Shown piece by piece: positions 29,133 through 37,147 of a stretch of DNA of 64,000 bases. The DNA comes from Bacillota bacterium (lineage in GTDB: Bacteria > Bacillota > Negativicutes > Sporomusales > CTSoil-080), in assembly GCA_017889725.1 (NCBI GenBank), contig JAGGAE010000001.1, positions 46,692-110,691 on the forward strand, written 5' to 3'. The translations under genes were made by a program, and so were the position numbers. Every line of letters begins with the position of its first letter. The stretch's first letter is position 1. The notes below the pieces were generated by a model. It had not been told where the DNA came from and searched no databases. It worked only from the letters and a program-made list of their open reading frames with translations.

Positions 29133-29203
29133 AGAGAGGTCTTGCCTGGTCTCAAATTAACTTGCCGGTTATATAGTAAAAGAGCAAGTTAAGTGAGGCG
29201 AGG

Positions 29204-29932
29204 ATGATGGTGGTAATCGGGGTGACGACGAGTCTTCTTTTGCGAAATGATGGTTTCATGGCTGGAGAAGAGCGCTTATTCGTCAATCGTGATTATGTGG
29301 ATGCGATTATGCAGGCGGAAGGCATACCTTTGCTTTTACCGGAAATATCAGGGGAAAGCGCCGTGGAACGGCAGGTGGAAAGAGTGGACGGCGTTCTCTT
29401 AGCAGGCGGTTATGATATCGACCCAACGTATTATGGAGAACAGCCCTTGCCTACCTTGGGACCGGTTTTTCCTGAACGGGATAAGTATGAGCTTTTAGTG
29501 TTAGAAGCCGCTGTCCGCCAGAAAAAACCTGTACTTGGTATATGCCGCGGCATGCAACTGATTAATGTGGCGTTTGGCGGTACTCTTTATCAGGACCTTA
29601 GCCTAGTAGAGAGCTCTATTCTGCAGCATAATCAAAGTTCGCAGAAATACGTGCTGGGCCATACGGTGAGCGCAACGACCGCTACGCTTCTCCATAGGAT
29701 TTTTCCTGAGAGCACGTTTCGTACGAATAGCTTTCATCATCAGGCGATAAAAGAGGTAGCTCCAGGGTTTATCGTAAGTGGCCGGTCAACGGATGGGATG
29801 GTTGAAGGTATCGAAAATTCTGACATAAATATAGTAGGTGTACAGTGGCACCCGGAAATGATGATACGAAAGTTTCCTGATATGATGCGGCTATTTCGCT
29901 GGCTAACAGTAGTGGCAAAAATCTTCACCTGA
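29204..29932 (+). CDS. Class I glutamine amidotransferase / peptidase C26 (gamma-glutamyl-GABA hydrolase PuuD-like)
   Basis: Nucleophile elbow GICRGMQLINVAFGGTLYQD and the His motif VGVQWHPE. Confidence 0.85.
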   Translation: MMVVIGVTTSLLLRNDGFMAGEERLFVNRDYVDAIMQAEGIPLLLPEISGESAVERQVERVDGVLLAGGYDIDPTYYGEQPLPTLGPVFPERDKYELLVLEAAVRQKKPVLGICRGMQLINVAFGGTLYQDLSLVESSILQHNQSSQKYVLGHTVSATTATLLHRIFPESTFRTNSFHHQAIKEVAPGFIVSGRSTDGMVEGIENSDINIVGVQWHPEMMIRKFPDMMRLFRWLTVVAKIFT

Positions 29933-29960
29933 CTGGCCGAAGCAACAGGGCAAAGTTATA

Positions 29961-30007
29961 AAGAGGCCGTTGGGCAACCCGGGTAATGGGTTGCCCAACG
30001 GCCTCTT
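29961..30007. terminator. Bidirectional terminator hairpin between convergent genes
   Basis: Perfect 20-bp stem aagaggccgttgggcaaccc / gggttgcccaacggcctctt with a 7-nt loop. Confidence 0.7.
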
Positions 30008-30039
30008 TGGATTTAGTGGGACATGTAAGTAGAAAGACG

Positions 30040-31401
30040 TTATTCGACTTTGGGCAGACAGCTAAGATACGAGGCCAGCTGGGCTTCATCACAAGGTACA
30101 TCACGTGTGTCTCCGGCCAGGTAAGTATCATAGGCGGCCATGTCAAAGTGACCATGTCCGGAAAGGGAGAAGAGAATGGTGCGGCTTTTCCCTTCTTCTC
30201 TCGCTTTAAGGGCTTCTGTAATGGCTCCGCGTATAGCATGGGCTGATTCGGGAGCCGGAATAATGCCTTCGCATTTGGCAAAGGTTAAGGCTGCGTCGAA
30301 TATATCCCTTTGGTTGAAGGCCAGAGCTTCGATAAAGCCATCATGGTAAAGCTGACTGACAAGCGCCGATTCACCGTGATAGCGTAGTCCGCCGGCATGG
30401 ATGCCAGATGGCATAAAGGTATGACCCAAGGTATACATTTTTAAGATGGGTGTAAGTTTGCCCAAGTCGCCGTAATCGTAGGCAAAAATTCCTTTTGTTA
30501 ATGTAGGGCAAGCGGTAGGTTCAACGGCCAGCGCCCGTACGGAAGATTTTCCGGAAAAACGGTCGGCGAGGAAGGGGAAGGCAATTCCGGCAAAGTTGCT
30601 TCCGCCGCCACAGGCACCAATAACTACATCAGGATAGTCACCTGCTTTTTCTAATTGCTTTTTTGCTTCCAAGCCAATTATAGTCTGGTGGAGAATGACA
30701 TGATTTAATACGCTGCCTAAGGCATAATTGGTATCCGGCCTGCCTATGGCATCTTCTACGGCTTCGGATATTGCCAAGCCGAGGCTGCCAAGAGAATCAG
30801 GTTGTACCGCGAGAACTTCGCGCCCGGCCTGTGTGCGGTCCGAAGGGCTGGGTATTACTTGGGCTCCGTATACCTGCATAAAGGAGCGGCGATAGGGTTT
30901 TTGCTGGTAGCTTATTTTTACCATATACACAATACATTCAAGGTCATATAAACTGCAGGCAAAGCTAAGGGCGCTGCCCCATTGTCCGGCACCCGTTTCG
31001 GTGGCCAGACGTTTGATGCCGGCGGCCTTGTTGTAATAGGCCTGGGGAATGGAAGAATTGGCTTTGTGACTGCCGGCTGGACTGGCTCCTTCGTTCTTGT
31101 AGTATATTTTGGCTGGGGTATCTAGAGCTTTTTCCAGTTCGTAGGCTCTGATTAAGGGGGTTGGGCGCCAAATACGGTATTTTTCCACTATTTCTTCGGG
31201 AATGTCAATCCAGCGTTCCTGGCTGACTTCTTGCTTAATGAGTTCCATAGGAAAGATAGGTGTGAGATCTTCGGGAGTCACGGGTTTCATTGTTGCCGGA
31301 TTTAGAGGGGGGGCCATTTTGTTGGGCATATCAGCCTGAACATTATACCATTGGCGAGGAATCTCCGCTTCGGATAATGAGATTTTTTTGTCTGATAACA
31401 C
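30040..31401 (-). CDS. trpB2: TrpB-like PLP enzyme, long TrpB2 class (tryptophan synthase beta-like)
   Basis: 453 aa, the TrpB2 length. N-terminal [13 protein letters not shown]...PPLNP, PLP lysine context GSHKANS, and [11 protein letters not shown] start with a GGGGA SD. Confidence 0.85.
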   Translation of the reverse strand: MLSDKKISLSEAEIPRQWYNVQADMPNKMAPPLNPATMKPVTPEDLTPIFPMELIKQEVSQERWIDIPEEIVEKYRIWRPTPLIRAYELEKALDTPAKIYYKNEGASPAGSHKANSSIPQAYYNKAAGIKRLATETGAGQWGSALSFACSLYDLECIVYMVKISYQQKPYRRSFMQVYGAQVIPSPSDRTQAGREVLAVQPDSLGSLGLAISEAVEDAIGRPDTNYALGSVLNHVILHQTIIGLEAKKQLEKAGDYPDVVIGACGGGSNFAGIAFPFLADRFSGKSSVRALAVEPTACPTLTKGIFAYDYGDLGKLTPILKMYTLGHTFMPSGIHAGGLRYHGESALVSQLYHDGFIEALAFNQRDIFDAALTFAKCEGIIPAPESAHAIRGAITEALKAREEGKSRTILFSLSGHGHFDMAAYDTYLAGDTRDVPCDEAQLASYLSCLPKVE

Positions 31402-31431
31402 GATAAGTCCCCTTTCAAAATTTAATTTAAA

Positions 31432-31720
31432 AATAAAAAACTCCCGTCCCGAATAGGGACGAGAGATATTTCCGTGGTGCCACCCTAGTTGACAGGAACA
31501 AGCCTGTCCAACTTTGCTAAAGATACAAAATTCTTGTATCTTAATCCGATGATAACGGGCGGAATACCGGCAGTTACTACCCTGCTCTCCAAAAGCAGCT
31601 CGGACTGCGCCTCACAGGTCCATTCCCCTCTTCGGACTATACCAAACTTTCACCGTCTTTGGCTCGCTGCAATGTCTGATAAGAGGGTACTATTCCTATT
31701 CATTGGCTGAATGTTAAATT
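31432..31720 (-). promoter_or_regulatory. T-box leader (tRNA-Trp specifier UGG) controlling trpB2
   Basis: Read on the minus strand: distal loop GGTGAAA; specifier loop GAA-UGG-A (codon at 31620-31622); stem III gatacaagaattttgtatc; T-box CTAGGGTGGCACCACGG (31476-31492); terminator ctcgtccc/gggacgggag plus a U-run. Confidence 0.85.
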
Positions 31721-31726
31721 GTGTTA

Positions 31727-31755
31727 ATTATACAAGATAATTAGCCTTACGTCAA
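31727..31755 (-). promoter_or_regulatory. Sigma-A promoter of the T-box/trpB2 unit
   Basis: On the minus strand: TTGACG - 17 nt - TATAAT, with an extended TG. Confidence 0.65.
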
Positions 31756-31851
31756 TGGTTCATCGGGGACAGTAAAAAATACTATGAAAATGGCAGCCTT
31801 TACAGGAAGATTAAGCAGAATTAAAGAAAGATAAGTCCTTGAGGTGAGAAA

Positions 31852-32196
31852 ATGAACATTCAAATTTTTGGAGTTAAAAAATGCCGTGATACCCAGAAAG
31901 CGGAGCGTTATTTTAAAGAACGGGCTATCCGGTACCAGTTTGTTGATTTAAATATCCGGGCGTTAAGCCGGGGAGAGTTAGAAAAAATACAATCCGCAAC
32001 CGGGCTGGATAACCTGATTGATAAAGAGGGTAAAGAATATGCCAAACGCAATTTAAAATATTTGGTTCATGATATACAAGAACAACTCCTGCTGCATCCT
32101 TTGCTGTTGAAAACCCCTATTGTACGCAATGGCTCAAAAGCAACTGTCGGCTATCAGCCGGATACTTGGAGTAGTTGGAAGGATGAAAAAAAATGA
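31852..32196 (+). CDS. ArsC/Spx-superfamily protein (YffB-like arsenate-reductase family)
   Basis: 114 aa. N-terminal IQIFGVKKCRDTQKAERYFKERAIRYQFVDL is typical of the ArsC family. Confidence 0.75.
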   Translation: MNIQIFGVKKCRDTQKAERYFKERAIRYQFVDLNIRALSRGELEKIQSATGLDNLIDKEGKEYAKRNLKYLVHDIQEQLLLHPLLLKTPIVRNGSKATVGYQPDTWSSWKDEKK

Positions 32197-32229
32197 CCAC
32201 ACCCCGGCCATGGGCTGAGGTGTGTGTCA

Positions 32230-33339
32230 CTAACGGTCCGAAAGAGGTATCCATACGGCGTCGCGCTTGCCGGTGTAATTGGCTCTGGGGCGAATGAGTT
32301 TATTGTTGGCGTGCTGTTCGAGAATGTGCGCGATCCAGCCGCTTGAACGGCTAAGGGCAAAGATTAGAGTAAAAATGTTGTGCGGTATACCCAGGTACAT
32401 GTATACGGAAGCGGAGTAGAAATCCACGTTGGGCATTAATCCCTTGCGTTCCTGGACTAGGGAAGCTATAGCTACCGAAATATCATACCAGCGACGGTCT
32501 TGGTGCCAGTCGGCCAGTTCCAGGGATAGAGCTTTTAGATGCTTCGCGCGGGGGTCGCCGTTTTTATATACACGATGGCCAAAACCCATAATCCGGTCGT
32601 TGCGATTGATTTTGTCGGTTATATAAGGTTCTACCCGGCTGAGATCGCCGATTTCCTCCAACATGAGGGCAACCTGCTCATTGGCATTACCATGAAGAGG
32701 CCCTTTGAGCGTGCCGATAGCCGATACGATGCCGGAATACATGTCAGACATAGTCGAAACTGTGACCCGGGCTGCAAAGGTGGAAGCATTAAGTTCGTGT
32801 TCCGCATGGAGAATAAGGCATTTATCCAGCGCTTTGGTAGCAATGGCGGTAGGTTTTTCTCCTTTTAATAGCCACAGAAACAGTTCAGCTAGGGAAGTAG
32901 GTTGGATGGTAGTAGCATCAACCGGCTCCAGATTATTGCGAATCCGGTCAATAGCAGCAATGATGGCCGCCATTTTGGTGATAATCAGAATGGCTTTGTG
33001 ACTATCTGCATCCGGTGAGGGGTCCATAACATTGTCGTCAAAATGTGTGAGGAAAGAAACGGCAGTTCGTAATTTGGCCATACAATTTCCCCAGGGGGCG
33101 TATAGTGATAATAGGTCATAGATTTTTTTCGGTAAGGTTGCATTTTCAATAATGCTTTGTTGAAGATAAGTCAGTTCAGTTTGGTTGGGCAACCGGCCGT
33201 GCCATAAAAGAAAAATTACTTCTTCGAAGGTTGCATGATCAGCTAATTCATCGATGGGGTAACCACGGTAACACAAAACGCTATTTTCGATAGAGCATAC
33301 GGAAGATTCGCATGCAATGACATCCACTAATCCGGACAT
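32230..33339 (-). CDS. Citrate synthase / 2-methylcitrate synthase family
   Basis: 369 aa. Catalytic region GPLHGNANE, IMGFGHRVYKNGDPRA, NVDFYSA. Confidence 0.9.
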   Translation of the reverse strand: MSGLVDVIACESSVCSIENSVLCYRGYPIDELADHATFEEVIFLLWHGRLPNQTELTYLQQSIIENATLPKKIYDLLSLYAPWGNCMAKLRTAVSFLTHFDDNVMDPSPDADSHKAILIITKMAAIIAAIDRIRNNLEPVDATTIQPTSLAELFLWLLKGEKPTAIATKALDKCLILHAEHELNASTFAARVTVSTMSDMYSGIVSAIGTLKGPLHGNANEQVALMLEEIGDLSRVEPYITDKINRNDRIMGFGHRVYKNGDPRAKHLKALSLELADWHQDRRWYDISVAIASLVQERKGLMPNVDFYSASVYMYLGIPHNIFTLIFALSRSSGWIAHILEQHANNKLIRPRANYTGKRDAVWIPLSDR

Positions 33340-33660
33340 TGTACGACCACCTTTCTATAGAATTATTTATGTATGTTTCGGGTATGCTATAAGTTTGATA
33401 TTAATTTATGATTATACCTTTATATTCTTGTATAATCAATAGACTTAAGCTAAGTATACAAGATAAAGACACAGAACGTTTAAATATTCAAATAGCATAC
33501 GAAGTTAAATCAGGGAAATACTTATAGGTAATGAATGCAAACTGTGTAATTTTATACTGATTAACTCTATAAATATACAGTTTTTATAGTGGCTGGGTGG
33601 TGCCGCTATTATAAATAATTATGTGGTGAGTACAAATAAAATTCGGTGTATAAGAAAAAA

Positions 33661-33702
33661 GAAAGGGAGTGTCTCTTGGAAAGGGACACTCCCTTTCTTT
33701 TT
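33661..33702. terminator. Strong orphan terminator hairpin with no ORF ending nearby
   Basis: 13-bp stem gaaagggagtgtc / gacactccctttc, flanked by an A-run upstream and a T-run downstream. Confidence 0.6.
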
Positions 33703-33746
33703 CTCTGGTTTTAGATAGGGCGTCATGAATGGAGAAAAAGAATTGG

Positions 33747-33801
33747 TTGACAGAAATGGTGGGAAAATATTAAAATTACATATGAACATATATTCATATG
33801 T
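33747..33801 (+). promoter_or_regulatory. Promoter plus ArsR/SmtB-type operator of the metal-resistance operon
   Basis: TTGACA (33747-33752) - 18 nt - TAAAAT. The dyad ACATATGAA-N6-TTCATATGT (33778-33801) sits between the -10 and the SD. Confidence 0.6.
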
Positions 33802-33813
33802 AGGAGGGAAACT

Positions 33814-34176
33814 ATGCTAGAAACGAGTTGTGATGTATGTGAAGAGTTATGTGAGCATCCGCAGGCCATTTGTCTGGCAAAAGCGGAGGCTTTGCCTGAA
33901 GATGAGGTTCAGGAACTGGCTGAGATTTTTAAAATCCTTAGTGATCCCACTAGGCTTAAGATTTTGTATATGCTGTCACGCCGTGAACTTTGCGTGTGCG
34001 ATATTGCGGCAGTCAGCGGGATGAGTCAGTCGGCAGTATCCCATCAGCTTCGCTTGCTTCGAGGCACAAGGCTGGTTAAGTACCGGCGTGAGGGAAAACT
34101 GGTTTGGTATTCCTTGGACGATAATCATGTAGTGACACTATTGGCCGGTGGCATTGAGCATATTAAACATGGATAG
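33814..34176 (+). CDS. ArsR/SmtB family metalloregulator, CadC-like
   Basis: N-terminal Cys cluster CDVCEELCEHPQAIC. HTH with the metal-site motif ELCVCDIAAVSGMSQSAVSHQLRLL. Confidence 0.9.
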   Translation: MLETSCDVCEELCEHPQAICLAKAEALPEDEVQELAEIFKILSDPTRLKILYMLSRRELCVCDIAAVSGMSQSAVSHQLRLLRGTRLVKYRREGKLVWYSLDDNHVVTLLAGGIEHIKHG

Positions 34177-34186
34177 GAGGAACCTG

Positions 34187-36376
34187 ATGGATAAGCGGTG
34201 CACGACTTGTGAAAAAGATAGTCAACAGCCCGGAACAAGTGAGGTGTTGGCCGAGAACGCGGGAAATGCGGATGTTACTTTTGCCGTGAAAGGGTTAGAT
34301 TGCGCCGATTGTGCTGCCAACCTGGAAAAAAATATAAAAAAATGCGGTGGGGTAGTTTATGCCAATCTAAATTTTGCGGCTGCCAGATTAAAAGTGGCGT
34401 ACGATTCGGCTAAAGTTAGTCCTAAAGAGATGATGAAAATCATTCAAAGATTAGGCTATGAGGCTGAGATTATAACTAAGCTGGTGGTGCCTCAAAAGGA
34501 AAACAAACCTTGGTTTAAGCAAACCAAGCAAAGGATGATGCTGGTTTCAGGAGGGGCGCTGTTGGTTTCGCTATTACTGGAAGGGCTTGGCATCAGCGGC
34601 TTTGGAGTAACTCTTCTTTATGCGGCAGCCGCGGTATGTGGAGGGTGGAATGCGGCCCGGGCCGGTTGGTACAGTCTGAAAAATTTTGTGTTGGATATGA
34701 ACGTACTCATGACTGTGGCGGTGCTGGGAGCATTTCTTATAGGGGAAACGAGTGAAGGGGCAACTGTTGCTTTTCTTTTTGCGGTAGGGAATGCTTTGCA
34801 GTCTTTTACTATGGATAAAACGCGTCAATCCATTCGGAATTTGATGGAATTGGCACCGCCGGATGCTTTGGTACGAAGGAATGGAATTGAAGAACGGCTT
34901 GCAGTTGAGGAGATTAGGATAGGAGATATTCTGGTAACTAAGCCAGGTGAACGCATCGCTATGGACGGGGTTGTAGCCAGCGGTTTTTCCAGGGTGAATG
35001 AGGCTGCGGTTACCGGAGAGCCTTTTCCTGCAAATAAGGCTGTAGGAGATGTGGTGTATGCGGGGACCGTTAATGGGAACGGCGCTTTAGAAATCAGGGT
35101 AACCAAAGTGGCCCAGGATTCTACTCTTATGAAGATTATGGAACTTGTAGAAAAAGCCCAGGCGAGTAAGGCACCAGCTCAACAGTTTGTCGAGGTGTTT
35201 GCGAAATACTATACTCCGGCAGTGATAGTCCTGGCGGCAGCTGTTATGGTCTTTCCGCCTGCTTTATGGCAACAGCCTTTTTCGGTCTGGTTTTATAAGG
35301 GGCTGGTATTGTTGGTTATCGCTTGTCCTTGTGCCTTAGTTATTTCAACGCCTGTGTCTATTGTTGCGGCTATTGGCAATGCTTCCCGCCAAGGTGTACT
35401 TATTAAAGGCGGGGCGTACCTGGAGCAAATGGGGATGCTTAAAGCCATTGTTTTTGATAAAACGGGAACACTAACTCTGGGTCAGCCTGAGGTTACGGAA
35501 GTATTTCCGTTCGGTGATATGTCTTCCGACAGTCTGCTGGCACTGGCGGCCGGGGTGGAGAAAGCATCGGAACATCCATTGGCCAAGGCGGTGTTGGCGA
35601 AGTGCGGTGTTGCCGCCAGCCCTGGGAAAAACTTTGAAGCTTTGCCGGGAAAGGGGGCAAAAGCTGATATAGAAGGGAAAACTGTGTATGTTGGTAATGC
35701 TCAATTGTTTATTGAGTTGGGGCATGCGCAGGAAACTATGAGCATATCGGTCCGGTGGGAAGAACGGGGGGAAACCGTCATGTTCGTTGGTACGACCGAA
35801 GGTATATATGGTGCTATTGCTGTTGCCGACACGCCACGCCCGAATGCCAAAGAGGCTCTTCTTAGCTTAAGGCGGGCGGGTATCAGGCATCTGGCAATGC
35901 TTACGGGTGATAATGCGCGTGTTGCTAAAACGATCGCTGGTCAGGTGGGGGTTGACTCTTATAGCGGTCAGCTTTTGCCGGAGGATAAAGTTTGCGAGGT
36001 AAAAAACCTCTTAGTTGAGTATGGTTCGGTGGCCATGGTGGGGGACGGCATAAACGATGCTCCGGCGCTGGCTGCCGCCAGTGTAGGTATTGCCATGGGG
36101 TTTGGCGGTACCGATGCCGCTTTGGAAACCGCTGATATTGTGCTTATGGCGGATGATCTTGATAAGCTGCCATATGTAGTAGAGCTTGGTCGGAAGACGG
36201 TAGCTGTTATTAAACAAAATATTGTTTTTGCTATTGCAATTAAAGTGATCATTCTCGCTCTTACGTTTATCAATGTAACCAGCCTTTGGTTGGCTGTAGT
36301 GGCTGATACCGGCGCTGCATGTCTGGTAACCCTGAACGGCATGCGTTTACTCGGAGGGTTGAAAGATAAAAAATAG
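34187..36376 (+). CDS. Heavy-metal translocating P1B-type ATPase (Cd/Zn/Pb class)
   Basis: HMA domain GLDCADCA, TM6 CPC (ACPCALVIS), DKTGTLT, GDGINDAPAL. The ATG at 34187 has a GGAGGA SD. The ORF track start at 34148 overlaps arsR. Confidence 0.9.
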   Translation: MDKRCTTCEKDSQQPGTSEVLAENAGNADVTFAVKGLDCADCAANLEKNIKKCGGVVYANLNFAAARLKVAYDSAKVSPKEMMKIIQRLGYEAEIITKLVVPQKENKPWFKQTKQRMMLVSGGALLVSLLLEGLGISGFGVTLLYAAAAVCGGWNAARAGWYSLKNFVLDMNVLMTVAVLGAFLIGETSEGATVAFLFAVGNALQSFTMDKTRQSIRNLMELAPPDALVRRNGIEERLAVEEIRIGDILVTKPGERIAMDGVVASGFSRVNEAAVTGEPFPANKAVGDVVYAGTVNGNGALEIRVTKVAQDSTLMKIMELVEKAQASKAPAQQFVEVFAKYYTPAVIVLAAAVMVFPPALWQQPFSVWFYKGLVLLVIACPCALVISTPVSIVAAIGNASRQGVLIKGGAYLEQMGMLKAIVFDKTGTLTLGQPEVTEVFPFGDMSSDSLLALAAGVEKASEHPLAKAVLAKCGVAASPGKNFEALPGKGAKADIEGKTVYVGNAQLFIELGHAQETMSISVRWEERGETVMFVGTTEGIYGAIAVADTPRPNAKEALLSLRRAGIRHLAMLTGDNARVAKTIAGQVGVDSYSGQLLPEDKVCEVKNLLVEYGSVAMVGDGINDAPALAAASVGIAMGFGGTDAALETADIVLMADDLDKLPYVVELGRKTVAVIKQNIVFAIAIKVIILALTFINVTSLWLAVVADTGAACLVTLNGMRLLGGLKDKK

Positions 36377-36470
36377 TTTTATTTTATCCTGCCTTAGAAA
36401 ATGGAATATTTGTGTCAATGACTATGGACATATATTATGTTAATATACATCGTGCTAGCCAAGAATATAA

Positions 36471-36962
36471 ATGGAGAGGATGAGGCAGGAAATGACTAAT
36501 AAGAAAGTTACGCTAATGCTGGTCATCGGCATTCTGGTGTTGTCGTTGGTGGCAGCCGGTTGTGGCGGCGGCAACGGAGCGCAAAGAATTTCCGGGCTGT
36601 CTTCCGATAGTGTGGTAAAGACATTTTTTGACGCAGCAAAAGCCGGTCAGTTAAACCAAGCCGGTTTATATGTATCATCGAGTGACACGAATAATCCACA
36701 GACAGTGCTGAAATATTTAACCGGACAACAAGGATTAGCCGAGTTAAAACAAGCAAATCTGATTTCGGTTAAAAAAATAGCGGAGCAGGGAAATTACTCT
36801 GTGGTTCTGGCTACCTTACAGTCGGAACAAAATAGTATGGCGTTGACTGTGAAACCGGTGGGGTTGGAGAAGATAAACGGAGAATGGTATATTATCGATT
36901 TAGATAAAGTGTATAAGGATTCCAAGTATTTATTGCTGCAGGAATTGCTAAAAAAAATCTAA
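36471..36962 (+). CDS. Hypothetical lipoprotein (small NTF2/DUF4878-like)
   Basis: Signal peptide plus lipobox LVAAGCGG. No catalytic motif recognised. Alternative start at 36492. Confidence 0.55.
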   Translation: MERMRQEMTNKKVTLMLVIGILVLSLVAAGCGGGNGAQRISGLSSDSVVKTFFDAAKAGQLNQAGLYVSSSDTNNPQTVLKYLTGQQGLAELKQANLISVKKIAEQGNYSVVLATLQSEQNSMALTVKPVGLEKINGEWYIIDLDKVYKDSKYLLLQELLKKI

Positions 36963-37072
36963 CTGGGTTTTATTAATGGGGTATAGCGCTAAGGATGACG
37001 ATATACTCCGCAAATGTCCGGCGGTAATGCGAGTGACAAAGGTAACGTATGATGCATATCATATCCCGTGAA

Positions 37073-37127
37073 GGAGGCCAAGACGCCGGAAAAGCGAAAC
37101 GCAGTGAGGCGGGCCTCCCTTTATTTT
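37073..37127 (+). terminator. Terminator-like hairpin plus U-run immediately upstream of the asnB SD
   Basis: ggaggcc..cgcc / ggcg.ggcctcc followed by ctttatttt. It ends 20 nt before the asnB ATG. Confidence 0.4.
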
Positions 37128-37147
37128 CCGATAAGGAGAGGGAAGAT

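Noticed and set aside
31489-31710. A 73-aa plus-strand ORF between trpB2 and the ArsC-family gene.
   Set aside because: It lies entirely inside the minus-strand T-box leader, and it has no SD.
33590-33612. The sequence GGCTGGGTGGTGCCGC resembles the T-box core, about 60 nt before the orphan terminator.
   Set aside because: No stem I, specifier loop or GNUGNA-type distal loop lies upstream. The motif cannot pair with the 5' arm of the terminator to form an antiterminator. The downstream operon is a metal-resistance unit with its own promoter.
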